Shown: piece after piece, positions 27,850-40,668 of the stretch | How the letters are laid out: the number at the start of each line of letters is the position of its first letter | Numbering within the stretch: position 1 is the first letter of the stretch | Assembly (NCBI GenBank): GCA_028534125.1 | Contig: CM052816.1 | Span: 34,474,001-34,538,000, forward strand | From: Lama glama | Taxonomy: Eukaryota | Reading direction: 5' to 3' | Length of the DNA: 64,000 nt | Position numbers and translations under genes: made by a program | The notes under the pieces: model-generated | Seen by the model: only the letters and a program-made list of their open reading frames with translations | Databases searched by the model: none | What the model was told of the DNA's origin: nothing

Positions 27850-28910
27850 CCCAGGAGAATATTTAACTTAAAGTGGAGCAAGCCTGTGGTTAAATGTAAA
27901 AACAAAGGAAGAAGCTCTAAAGAAAAAAAAATATATAAAATTGACTATGCAAAAATTAAAAACTACTGTAACAGAAAAATAATTAACAAATGAAATGACA
28001 CACTGAAGGACTATTTTGCAATAAACAGGAAAAAAGATTAATTTTACCATATATAAAGAATACTTATAGATCCACAAGTCAAATCAATAGAAAAATAGAC
28101 AAAGAACTTACATAGGAAATTCACAGAAGGAATATGAAAGATAAATAAAGGTATAAAAAAATTCAACCTCGCTAATAATCACAAAAATCTTGAACAGTAC
28201 AATTTTTTTTACTTATAACTATAAGTAAAGCATTTAATATGGCTAATTTTCAGGGCTTGAAATGGTATATTATTAGAGAGCTACAATCAAAAAATGCTGG
28301 AGGGAGTGAATATATATGCCATCTTTCTAGAGAGAAGGTAAGTAGTACCCATGAGTCAAAGCCTTAACTTATCAGGCTTCATCCAATGACATAAAATGAC
28401 TCTTCTAGAAAGTTATTCTCAGCAATGCACAAAAAGAATGCTACGGAGAAAGCATATCACACAATGTCACAGTAGTAGACTATTGGGAGAAAATGTATGT
28501 ATGCAACAATAGGAAATTCTTTTTCTCATACACACACATATACAATTTTTTTTGGTCTGAGAACATTTAAGTTGTACTCTCTTAGCAAATTTCAACTATA
28601 TAATACAGCATTATCAACTAGAGTTACCGTGTTACACATTAGACCCTCAGACCATATTCATCTTAGACCTAAAGGTACTTAAATAGAACAGTGTATATTA
28701 AAATTGTGTTTTCAAAGAACATATCAGATTGTGAGCATTGTCACAATGAAGAATAAAACATGTTCATGTAGGAAGACAAAACTTGGAAATGGGGGGTAAA
28801 GGATATGCATAGAATAAAAGACAATAAAAAATACATCAAAATGTTGGCAGGAATTTTCATGGGCTTGTGGAATAGTTGGCAAATTTTATTGTTTTCTTTC
28901 ACTTTCTGCA
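27850..28910 (+). mobile_element. Old L1M 3' fragments with a nested antisense L1MA-type 3' end (~28545-28666)
   Basis: A-rich L1 ORF2/3'UTR-like sequence. Nested piece: tgagaacatttaagttgtactctcttagcaaatttcaactatataatacagcattatcaactagagttaccgtgttacacattagacc. Confidence 0.7.
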
Positions 28911-29354
28911 CTAAATGGGCAAAGGTTTGCGTATACTATCTTTACAGTCTAGGGTAGGAATGTTTTTTGTTTGTTTTTTCAAGTGCTAAAATTAAGGAGA
29001 AAAATGGCTTTGTGGGCAATCTCTTTTTCCTATATGGCTAGATCTTTCACATCTGTATACATGCCATGCCACATATGGGCATAACAACACAACAGCACCC
29101 TAATCCTAAACCAAATCTAGCTTCTTTCCATAGAGAACACCTGTCCACAGCAGCATCCTAGCTGAATTCCAACTCTGAGAAATTATTTGTTTATCCAACA
29201 TTCAACTAGAAAATTGCTGTGTCAATAATGATATGTAATAGTGGAGTCAACTCATCTATTCCTAATTGATGACAAAATAATGATATGCATTTGTTTTTCT
29301 CCTCATTAGTCTTTCAATAAGTGCTTATTCACTGCTCAGCTCATCAGCACTTAC

Positions 29355-29477
29355 CTTGGCTTCCCCATCAGGTAAGAAGAGGTAGGCACCACTTTTGTCC
29401 TTTTTACTTGTGGTTCCATACCATGAAAACTGCACTTTCACTTCATGACTTCTACCATCTTCTTTATTTACCATTTC
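29355..29477 (-). CDS. MAN2A1: Alpha-mannosidase II coding exon (~exon 15)
   Basis: aacctaag|GAA...GCC AAG|gtaagt; 123 nt, phase 0/0; EMVNKEDGRSHEVKVQFSWYGTTSKKDKSGAYLFLPDGEAK, with the GH38 SGAYLF motif. Confidence 0.98.
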
Positions 29478-29733
29478 CTTAGGTTAAAAAAAAATTAAGG
29501 TAACTCACTATTAAGATATTAATGAGTTGTAACTAGTTCCATGTGCATGTCGATTAAAAAAAATACCTTGTGATAGATTTAAAAATGCTAACATTCAGCC
29601 TCTAATATTCACAATTCTTGGATGAACACTCAAAATTTAATACTTAACCTTAGGATTTAAAATTGTTACAATAGGAACAAAAAGAACACACGTCACCAAG
29701 GAAGAAAGAGATACACAAATTAAGAGATCTCGA

Positions 29734-30042
29734 CCAGTACTTCTCAAACTTTCTGTAGTAAAGGAACAGATTTATTTTTATTTCCAGTATGTATGGACTA
29801 ATATTTTTATAAAGTGCACTGAAACTGAATTACTAGAAAAACTGAGTTTGAAGTGGTATACAAATATACACTCATATTTTTATTATTAGATTCAATAGGC
29901 ATAAATTTACTTGGCCAAATTGCTTTCAAAGTTTCCATAAACATTTCTGAATAGCCACAGCTTCCAGACTTACCTAGTGGATTCTAACAAACAGCTCATG
30001 GAGCAGCACTACTCCCAGACCACACTTGTGAGGAGCAAGTGG
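29734..30042. mobile_element. Non-autonomous hAT-Charlie-type MER element
   Basis: Degenerate TIRs cagtacttctcaaac ... ccacacttgtgaggagcaagtg, about 300 bp. Confidence 0.55.
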
Positions 30043-30193
30043 TAACTATGGACCACAAGAATGTACATACAGTTCATCTATCCTTTCTCCCAGAGTATCT
30101 GTGTCTACTTTTCCTATTTTGCATATGTAATCTGCATATATTATAATAAAAGTGATGAGCCTTCTGTAAATTTCAAAATTACTCAAAACATAC

Positions 30194-30412
30194 CTGCATA
30201 AGCCCAGATTGACTAAACCGCAGTTTAATAAAGGCATTCTCTAGAGTTATTTCTTCTTCAGCACTTTTCATATTATTCATGTTGAAAATTCCTTTATTTT
30301 CTATATTACCATTATATAGGACATACTCAGCTAAATGTGGGTTTGAACTTGCTGATTCCAAAATTGTATACACTTTCAGTCCCAGTGGTGGCATCTGTGC
30401 TAGAAAAGAGAT
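30194..30412 (-). CDS. MAN2A1: Alpha-mannosidase II coding exon (~exon 14)
   Basis: tcttggaaag|ATC...ATG CAG|gtatgt; 219 nt, phase 0/0; ISFLAQMPPLGLKVYTILESASSNPHLAEYVLY...ITLENAFIKLRFSQSGLMQ. Confidence 0.96.
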
Positions 30413-30677
30413 CTTTCCAAGACAGAGGAGGGAATTTATTAAAGAGAAATGTAATCTACCGACAAGAAACCAATTATACCTCTAGTAAAAATAAGAAACT
30501 AGCATATTTTAAAAAGAGAATATAAAATTATTCTACAAATATGTTTTGATAACTTATGGGCAGAGTATCCACATCTCTGTTTATCCAGAGAAACTAATAA
30601 CTTCAAGTTGGAAAGACTATCAGAGGCTTTCATGTTTTCACCCAATATATGAAATTATGTGACCATCCTCAGTTGTC

Positions 30678-30877
30678 CTATGGCATTGTTTTTTTTTTAA
30701 CATTTTTTATTGATTTATAATCATTTTACAATGTTGTGTCCAATTCCAGTGTTCAGCACAATTTTTCAGTCATTCATGGACATATACACACTCATTGTCA
30801 CATTTTTTTCTCTGTGATTTATCGTAACATTTTGTGTATATTTCCCTGTGCTATACAGTGTAATCTATGGCATTGTT
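30678..30877 (-). mobile_element. Young 5'-truncated L1 3' end (~175 bp) with 13-bp TSD
   Basis: Poly-T, then ttttttattgatttataatcattttacaatgttgtgtc...tttccctgtgctatacag. Perfect TSD ctatggcattgtt at 30678-30690 and 30865-30877. Confidence 0.9.
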
Positions 30878-31314
30878 AATGGATGCTCAGAGAGCAAAAT
30901 TTTCCATGGAGGTAAGGGCTTACTTTAGAAGGATGGTATTTATCTCCATTTCAATATATGCAACTGTCACTAAATTGAGTTAGACAAAAAAATTCAAAAT
31001 TCTATGAGGAATGATTACTTCAGGAAAGAGTTGCAGTATACACACTTAAAATATAAAGGATATTCATACCAACAGAGTACTAAGTATAACATACAATACA
31101 TATACTAACAAAGATAATAATATTTTGGGAAACATAGGATCTCTCTTTCTTTAGTGTCATTTAACTGGCCAGTTTAAACTCTGGTATTTACAGCTTTCAC
31201 CACTTCGTGCACATTAACTTGACCGCTCTCAGGAGTATATATATACACACATAAACTACATACTGGCTGTGATTTTTTCATGATGCCTCTTTAAGTTCTA
31301 TGGAGGAGACATAC

Positions 31315-31480
31315 CTCATAGGCTGTCTGTGAAACAGTACTTGCTGTATCCCACACTGCACTCATCTGAATTTCCACGGGCTTTCCTGTGGCAGAGGACA
31401 CTTGTGCCTTGTGGGAACTCACACAGACGGAGACGACCGCTTCTCGGTCTTGTTCTGAAGGATTATAAACCACAAGATAC
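31315..31480 (-). CDS. MAN2A1: Alpha-mannosidase II coding exon (~exon 13)
   Basis: ttttgcag|G TAT...TAT GAG|gtatgt; 166 nt, phase 2/0; YLVVYNPSEQDREAVVSVCVSSHKAQVSSATGKPVEIQMSAVWDTASTVSQTAYE. Confidence 0.98.
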
Positions 31481-34255
31481 CTGCAAAAACAGCCGCTTTA
31501 CTATCGGGGTCTCAAAATATTTGTACTTTTTTCACATTATTTGTAAGATTTCAGCTCATAGATAGTCACGAGGCCAACAGATGAAGAAGAATTATAGGAA
31601 ACATTCTGGTAAAACTTTTGGAGAACAGGCGATCTCATCACAACAAATACCACAAAATACAAAGGGTAATGAAATAATGATTCACTTTCTAAGAATAAAT
31701 GTTATACAAATGGAAGACATTAATAGAACTCTAATAAAGCAGTTTCTGTGTCTCAGAAAATGACCTATGTATATATGGCTTTATTAGTCTTTCTAAAGTA
31801 ATCAGCCCTATACAACTAGTATCCTGCCTAATTTCACTAGATAAGAAAATACATAAATTGTCTGTTTGCATTTTACTGGTAATTAATTTCAATTAAAATC
31901 CTGATATTCATTTTATTCTCACTAAAACACAGTGAAATGTATGGCTATACATGCAGAATGTATATATAATCCACACATGTATTTTATACACAGGGACCCT
32001 TAACACCCAAGAGAGTTGGTTTGAGGAAGAAAAGCCATTTGCAGTGAATCAACTCAAAACATGGGCTAAAATTTTCTAATAAATAATGGTTAAAATAATT
32101 GGCTGGAACTTAGCTAGAAAAGAAAAATAAAGACTCAAAATTAGTTTAGGCAATATTTGCAACTATATACAATTCTTAGAATGAACTGGGATTTTTGGCA
32201 AAATTTTTCCAAAAATATTTTATATTAGCACATTATGACACCCTTCACATAATATTTAATTTTTACAGTATAGTTTTAAACGTAACTATATTTGTTAAAA
32301 AATATTTGAGGACTTAATCATTTTTCCTAAAGTCCTCTTTCAATTCTTTGATATTTAAATAATTCTCAGTTGAAGCACCTAATATTCTTGGTTTTCTCAG
32401 CATAACTCTGCCAGATCCTCACTGCTTCATTGCTTTGTCTGTGAGTAGAAACATTCTTGATCACTATGTTACAAACTTCATGAAATACGCAGCCAATGTT
32501 AGATTTATGATTTTAATTTATAATAAATTTATGTCATATTATCTTCAAATTAAATAAATGGTATTTCAAAGAGGATATCTGACTAATAATATAACTGAAT
32601 GGTTCATTAGTGAATATTTTCATAATCTGAAATATTTTGCATTCCTGTAAAACTCTGTAACTTCAGGAACACAGAACTGAATAGTCATTTAACAATCACT
32701 TCTCCCTCTGACCCACTGTAGCTATATCAGACTTGGTAGAAGCGAGCTAGCATGGTTCATTTAGTGCATCAGAAAGCCTAGCAGTGCTCTTTTATCCTAC
32801 ATGTGTCCTGTATATTTCAACTGCACTGCAAATGATTTGTTAAGAAATGAAATTAATACAGAGACCAAAACTAAAATGAAGGCCAATAGGAAAACACAAA
32901 GGAAAAGAAGGAGGATATATTGTAAAATTCATGAAACATGTGACTTGTAAACTGTTTATCAGGAGGGGCACTTACGATTGAAACAGTATTCTGAATACTG
33001 AAGGTAACAATATATGACAATCAGAATGTCTCTAATTCCTATTAGGCTTATACAGTACATCAGGATCACAAGATCTAACTTACATCATTTACAGATTCAT
33101 TGAGATTCCACATGTATACAAAAGAAGAGCAGCCGAAGCAAGCAGTCAAAAACATACTCACAGAGGGCACTGAAGCCTCAAAGTGCCAGACAAAACCCCA
33201 TTTAATCCACAGGAGTAATCCTCAAGGACAGTGAGAGTACTGCCCCCATAGGAGGTGTGCTTAACAGACAAACCTGAGGGAATCAGTCAAACTACTGGCA
33301 TCCTCCAAATGCCCCCCTACCAGAGCTGACGTTTTGCCTGACTGTGATTCTACCAAAAATACGCCTGGAGAATCACAACTGCCTGGATTCACTGTTACCG
33401 ACCAGACTCTACTATGTTCCTACTGCTGGGGAAGAAAAGCAGTTGAGGATCATTCAACCTCAGCACCAAAGATGTGCAAACCGGCATCCCAGAAATGAGT
33501 GACTTAACTATTGAACCTCATGTGCATAGCGGCTTAGAGCTAGGATGTGAAGAACTCTAGAAGATGGAGTCTCAAGATGTCTCACAATTCTCCAGAAGCC
33601 CTGAGGCAGACCTAAGCCCAGAGTCCAGAATTCCCACTGTAAGTTCTGTGGATGCTCCACTATACAGAGCTGGTCACAAAGGCTCTGATAATAAAATATA
33701 GCATGCGTCCAAAGCAATAAATTAGGCAGTAAGCACCCAGAACACTGATTCTTTCCCACGGGGGGGATGACTCACATTTAAGGCAAATAACAATTTTAGT
33801 CATACATTTCTTTTTGTACATTATAAAATAGCTTTTTATAATAAGCAGAAAACTAGGTTCTGTTTTGTTTCATTTTAGTACCTAATTAGTATTTGACCAT
33901 AATGATGTTTCTACTATACTGAATGATTATGTAATTATCATGCCAGGAATCTATTCAAAAACTAAATGTGTAGAGTATATAATGAGTATAATGCTGCACT
34001 AAGAAAATAACTTTTAACATAATTAGAGATTCACAGCATGTTCTTCAAGTGCATCACAGCACAAATTTATCTGACATACGAACTCCTGTCTATGTACATT
34101 TTAAGTAGACTACAGAGAAATCATGATCACACATGAATTATATTTCCTTGGGAAAGAGGCACACTATCACAAATTAACTAAATTTTCATTGTCATTATCA
34201 TGTTTAATAGTCAAACATTTGTTATATTGCCAATATCTCCAAACATGAGTCCTTT

Positions 34256-34347
34256 TAAGCATGTCAATTTTTTTTATTGAAGTATAGTCAGTTACAATGT
34301 TGTGTCAAAAAAATATGGAACGCTTCATGAATAAGCATGTTAATTTT
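34256..34347 (-). mobile_element. U6 snRNA 3' end / L1 3' end chimeric retrocopy with TSD
   Basis: 34307-34332 is the reverse complement of the U6 3' end (ATTC[A]TGAAGCGTTCCATATTTTTTT). 34268-34306 is an L1 3' terminus plus A tail. TSD: taagcatgt(c/t)aatttt at 34256-34271 and 34332-34347. Confidence 0.85.
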
Positions 34348-35089
34348 GAGTGGAACCAAAACAATTTTTTTTGACTGGAACCAACAAGTTTCATATCATA
34401 ATATCATACTCACTAATTAAAAATTAGTATTTGATCCACACTAACAAAAAAGAGTCATATCCTTGAAAATGGGGACAGTTCGTTCCTATTTTACCTTGGA
34501 AGTAACTGCATAGGAAGCTCAGAACAATTTTTTTTCCCCAACGTGCCCTACATTTGCATTGGTTTCCTATCTATCATCTGTCACCAAGTCACATCCAGCC
34601 TCCTAGCTCTCATTATGGCACTAAGCCCCTGTGACCTGGGGTTACGGGCAATTATCTCAATTCTCTACATACAAGGAACAGCCTTCAACTCATGAAGACA
34701 AAGCATTCATATGTTGCCTGCCAATCAACTGAGAGGGCAGACTGTGATCTACTGTGGCTGAGAGGAAACGGAATGGAGGAAGATGAAAAGACATCTGTGT
34801 GCTCATGTCAAATTGGGAATCATTTTATGATGAACTCGAATTCCACTGTAAACGCAGTTGTATCCCTGAAGATTCTAATGAAGAGGAGTGTATTTAGAAT
34901 TCCTTCACCCCTTTCCATAGAAATGGTTCATGTCATGTTAAGAAAGACAACTGTGGCACTGAGTCCTCTCTGTGAGACAAATCTAATCAGCACCCACAAT
35001 GAACAACAGACTAGACCCGCACAGGTTTCCTTCTAGGACTGGACAAAGGGCCCCGTGAAAGGAATACACTCCCAGGACAGAGTGACCTT

Positions 35090-35305
35090 GGAGTTATCAC
35101 TTACAGACTGCTTCCAGTGTGCCGGGCCCAGTCCTCATGCCTGTACGGGCAACCTACGGGGCACGGCCTTGCATCCTGCCCACTGGACAGATGAGGAAAC
35201 TGAGGTTCAGGGAGGCAAGGCACATTGCTGAGGCCCACCCAGCTAAAAGTGCCATACAGGCTTAGAGCTCAGTCTTACCCCTATAACCTTCTTCTTAACC
35301 ACTTC
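35090..35305 (-). mobile_element. MIR SINE
   Basis: cccactggacagatgaggaaactgaggttcagggaggcaaggcacattgctgaggcccacccagct (MIR core). Confidence 0.8.
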
Positions 35306-36854
35306 ACTCACAGGCCAAGCTTATAAGGACCTCTTTGACAACTGGGGTTTCCTGTGGAGATTCCCTTAGTTCCAAATTCACTTGAGAAGAATTTTGTCCT
35401 CATTGATGCCAAAGGTGTCCATAGACTTTCTCTCTTCAGGAAGCCCAGGGTGAACAAAAAGCTATTTATATTTTTTTATGTGAAAGAAAATCTATAGACT
35501 GGAACACTGGAACAAAAAAATCTTGTAATATATACTAAAGAGTTCATCTCATGACCTCACTGCACGAGGTAAGCAAAAACAATGTTTAAAAAAACATTTA
35601 AAAATACTACAAATTTTTACTGTTTCAATGTACTCTTTAACTGTTACATTCAGACATCTACTTAATGTTTCAATTATAACTTTAATAAACAAGGTGGACA
35701 AGATGTTGATTTTGCTAACATTTTGCTGATGTTAACTCAACATGAACATCTTCGTAAATGCTCCTTAGACCAGAAGTTCATTTCTAAAGCTTATTTTAAT
35801 AGGTCTAAGTCACAGAGAGATCTCTTCCACAAGACACCTGATAAATTGTACACAGAGCAGACGCTATCAGAAGAGTGAAGTCCGCAAAATTTTATACTGA
35901 CAACCAACTGCTCCTGTCTGTAGCATTACTATTTCCCTCCAAGATAATCATGGTCTTTTTGCTGCTCCTCTGTATTTAAATATTCTCAATGCAGCATCCA
36001 GCCATTCAGTATACTATGTACATATGTACATCTTCCTTCTCTCAGATTTACTACTTGTTTTATTTCCAAGTCTTTCTTGGTCTTATTTCCAATATTGAAA
36101 AAAAAAGTTTAAAAAAAAACCACTACATATATTTATGGTTGTGTAAGGAAGATAAAAATAAAAAATATTGCAAGTCGCCTGTAAGTGCAGTTTAAAACCA
36201 ATTAAGCAAACACTAGGTTATATAAAAAATAATTGTCACTTCATGTGCCTAGTGTGGTACCTAGTAATGAATGAAATAACATGCAATAAATAGTTGATGA
36301 ATGAGTAATGTAAAAATCCCAGGAGAATTGATCATTTGTAAACAACACCTACTAGTGTGGAACTTTATCATTTTATTAAATCTCTTTCATTTTGATTATT
36401 TTAATTCCTAAAGAAATGCCTTCAAGGTCAACAAGCTCTGTAAACCCTTCTGCAAAAACAGCAAATGACGGATTCAGGATCATAGACAACGTTAAGAACA
36501 AAAGCAAAGGCCAGAGCTCAGTTTGTCTGATTCTTAATCAAGGACAGCATGTTAAAAAACTCATTTCAAATAAGAATATATTCATCTTCTCTAAGTAGCC
36601 TCATGTAGGAGTATAATCTAAAGAAGAGTAGTAACTTTATACGCAATTCTCAATATGAAAATATACAGTTTCATGTTTACAAAAATTGCAATGATTAGAT
36701 ATGAGGTCCTTTTGATACAGTCCATCCAGTTTTCGAGGTTTAAAACATAATGCTTATCACATTAGCCACCAGAAAAGAAAAAAAATCAAGATATTAAAAA
36801 CAAAGGGAGTCTTTCTGAGATACATTGGATCTTCAAAAACCACAATCAGTTCTG

Positions 36855-37070
36855 TGATTCCTGGGCTTTGGAGTCAGACACATTCAAGTCCAAAAACCTA
36901 CCAAGGCACTTAGAGTTTGAGAGACTTTGGACAAGTTATTTCATTTCTCTAAGCGTTAATATACTTCACTATAAAATCAGGAGACAAGATTGTGGTTAGG
37001 GTTAAATGATAAAATGTCTGGAAAATTACAGCGCTCAGACCTGGCACAAAGAAGAATCTCAACAGCGGTT
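36855..37070 (+). mobile_element. MIR SINE
   Basis: gggctttggagtcagacacattcaagtcc...gactttggacaagttatttcatttctctaagc. Confidence 0.75.
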
Positions 37071-37769
37071 AAATCTCTCCTTTCATAAGCACGGGGGAGC
37101 CCAGACTGGTTGGAACCAGAAAGATGACTCCTGGAGCACCACCCTGTCACCTCATCACCAACCAATCAAAGGAAGGTAACACACCCTGCAGCCTCCCCCC
37201 AGTTTTTGCCTATATAAACTCAGGCCCCTGGTACATGAATCACACGGATGGTGGAATGAATGCTATAATTAACCCAGGTACTGACCTGCCTTATGTGCTT
37301 TTTAATGCAAGGTATATATAAATCTAAATGAAATAAATTAACAAGACTGCACATGTTATAACAAAGATACCTTAAAACAAGAGTTCAGATAATATGGAGG
37401 AGGCTTCCAGAAGTGGAGATAAATGAACAGGCGCACAGAATATACACACATACAAAGTAACCCCATGGCATTTGGCTAAATTAAAAAGGGGAAAAAAAGG
37501 ACAGAGAGAGGGTTCCTTCTGTATGTACAGTTATAAACTTATGAATGAAACTAGATAGTCCCTGTTCTGGAAGTACCCAGAGTCTAGAAGGGGAGAGACA
37601 GACTGCTAAGTTCAAAATAATAGGGTAGGTAATAAGACCAAAGAATATACAGTGTCCTGTGACACACACACAAAACGATGACAGCCAGTACGATTAAGAA
37701 TTAATCAGGAGAGGATTCTAAAGAGAAAATTTATTTTACACAAAATGAGCCAAATACATATTCAGAAAT

Positions 37770-39250
37770 TGTCAGAACTTTACTAAGGGACATAAAAATG
37801 AATGAATGGAGAGACATACTTTTCTAGATGAGAAAACTAAACTGCTGCCAAAAAGACAACTCTCACAAAATGAATTCGTGAATCTTATGCACTGCCAATC
37901 AAAATCCCACTGAAATCCTTTTACTGGGAGGGAAAGGAAGGGAAACAATCCTATGATGCATCTACGATGATAGACGGCAAGAAAATGGGTAAACAGATAC
38001 ATTAAAACAAAATACCAACACTGATTCTAGATGAATTTAAAAATTTACAAACAAATGTAGAATCAGTAGGAAAGATAAATATAAAATCTGTGGTACAAAA
38101 CCTCTTTCCTACGATAATAAAAAACATAGCGAGGTAAAAGGGTGCCAGATTTGATAACAAAAAGTTTAGAACATTTTCTATGTTAAAAAATAAGATTAAA
38201 GAATAAAAAATGAAAGGACATAAAATTCAGGAAATTTCCAAGTGCTCTTACAAATTAACAGAAATATAAACATTCAAGTGGAAAAAGTGAGCATTTTTCT
38301 TTCAGCAAATTAAAGTTGAAAAATGAATGATGCTTCCTCTTCCAGCAGAGATGGAATAGTTGACAACAGACAAGAGCTCTCAATTCTCTAGCTCAACTAG
38401 AAAAAAAAAAAACAGATAAAATACAGGAATCATCTGCTTGAAAGCAACAGAGAACTGCTGAGGAGAAAAAGAACTTCAGAGAAGGGAGCTGCCTTCTCCA
38501 GCCATTTTCACCCTGTGACGTGCCAATTCTCAGCATGGGAAAGGCTGAGTTTCCTGCAAAGCCTAGTACAAAGCCTAGGGGAGGATCTGGGGGGCAAAGA
38601 GGCTAAAAGGCATTTGGTGGCAAAATAGGAGGCTTCAACTACGTACCTGGTTTTCTCATCAGTACATGTACTGAATACTGGGGGCTACACAGAAAGGGAG
38701 GCATAAAATCTAAATAGAAAGCTTCTGAAAAGTAGAGCAGAGCCATCTCATGAGATATTAGAACCCACCAGGGAGTAGGGCCTACAGATTATACTAGGCT
38801 ATTAGCTGAAAACTTAATGAGCTAGATGAACAAGACCTTGAGAGAATTAGCCTCAACTAGCATAGCCCTTGATTGGTGTAAAAGTGAACACTCTCTAGAA
38901 GATACTTTCTGGAGCCTATAAAAATTGTATACACAATGTCTAGCACTTGATATAAAATTCTGAGACATCCAAAAGACAGAGCCCAGGATTAGACAACAAA
39001 AAGAAAAAGACAGGAGTATTAGAACCATACATGATCTGGAAACTGGAGTTAACTGATAAAACTTTAACATAACAATTAATATGTCCAAGGAAAGAGGAAA
39101 ACATGAAAAGAGTAGAAGGAAAGATGAAAAATTCCACTACAGAAACTGAATATGTTAAAAATTAACCACATGAAATTCTAGAAGGATAAATATTTGAAAT
39201 TATGAACTCAGCAGATCTGTTTGTTTAACAACAGAGTAGATTAAGCAGAA
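37770..39250 (+). mobile_element. Old L1M fragments (ORF2 piece and 5'/ORF1 piece)
   Basis: aaatgaatgaatggagagacatac...tgcactgccaatcaaaatccca; gatctggaaactggagttaactgataaaactttaacataacaattaatatg. Confidence 0.65.
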
Positions 39251-39639
39251 GAGAAGTTAAACTGTTAACAGAGATACTTCCTCTAGATTCTGGGATTATT
39301 AGTGAACATTCTGCAACTAATTTTTAGACATCTGGATGTAAAATTATCTACAAAAAGTACATATTTTTTAAAAAATCAGAAAAATACAACAATAAAAACA
39401 TGCAACTTTTTAAAAGGTTCGGTGGGAAATAGCCAGGTAAAATAAAGTAGGGAAATACGCTCTAGGTAGAGAGATTGTAAAAATAAGGCACAGATACATA
39501 AAGAAAAAAGGATGTCATTTTCAGGATACACAGACCATTCAATCCCACTAGAATCTACATAGTAAAGTGCTGGTCTAAGATGCCAATATCTGGAGCTAGA
39601 AAGGGAGATAGTTCTCAAGTCACACTGAGCAGTGGGGTG

Positions 39640-40140
39640 TCTTTAAGTCATTACAAACTGCTGAGACCTTATTACACAGGTTATGGGGATTGACTAGAAG
39701 GTTTAACGTGGTCAGATTCATTTCTGACAGACACTTCTAGTTGCCAAGTAGAGGAAGGATTTAAGGAGTCAAGACTCAAAGGAGGAAGAACAAGCAGACA
39801 GCTACAATAGCCCAGGTAGCAAAGGGGAAAACCTAAATTACAGGAGTGGCCGAAGTACAAAAAGAGGAACAAATCTGAGAAACAGGTAGGAATTCTTATC
39901 GATAGGATTTGGGGATTCCTTGTACAAGGCTGAATAAACCAGAAGGAAAAGTCTGTAATTCCTGGTTTCCAGTTAGGATGAGATAGATATGGTGGTGCCA
40001 CTAACCAAGACTGAACACCTAAGGATGGGTGGTGGGAGGAGGTTTCGAGATGAAGGTGATAAACCTGGGATTAGACTTCTTGGATTTGAAGTGCCTGAGA
40101 AACATCTACATAGATTTACCCTGATGTGCTAATTTAACTA
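39640..40140 (-). mobile_element. L2 LINE fragment
   Basis: gtcagattcatttctgac...gacagctacaatagcccaggtag...atggtggtgccactaacc...tttgaagtgcctgagaaacatc. Confidence 0.65.
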
Positions 40141-40194
40141 TCGAAGACTCAGGATCCACTTGTCCAGTGGCAATATAAAAACTAGGTTTCCAGG

Positions 40195-40668
40195 TATGGG
40201 AGGCAGAAGAATTTCCCCACAATGATGTCTACATCCTCATCCCCAGAACCTATGGCTATGTTACCTTACATGGCAACAGAGACTCTGCAGTGTGATTAGA
40301 TTAAGGGTCTTGGGATGGGGAGTTTCCCTGGATGAGCCAAGCGGGCCCAATATAATCACAAGGGTCCTTAGAAGAGAGAGACTGGAAAGTCCAAAAAAGA
40401 AGGTGGCCGTGTGACAACAGAAGTAGGAGGTTGGAATATGCAGAGGGGCCACAGGGCAAGCGACACAGGTGACCTAAGAAGATGAAACAGGCAAAGCAAC
40501 ACTCTCCCCTCGGAGCCTCCAGAAGGAACCAGCCCTGCCAACACTTTGTCAGCCCAGGGAAACTGACTGTGGATATTTGACTTCCAAAACTATATGGTAA
40601 TAAACTTGTGGTTTTTAAAGAGACTAAGTTTGCGGTAATTCATTAGAGCAGCAATAGGAAACGGATAT
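40195..40668 (+). mobile_element. MaLR solo LTR (MLT1D-like)
   Basis: tatgttaccttacatggcaa, gggcccaatataatcacaagggtcctt, gagcctccagaaggaaccagccctgccaacac, gcagcaataggaaac. Confidence 0.88.

Noticed and set aside
32990..33760. Possible ancient RTE/L4-type LINE remnant
   Set aside because: Only a faint resemblance; too diverged to call without a Dfam search.
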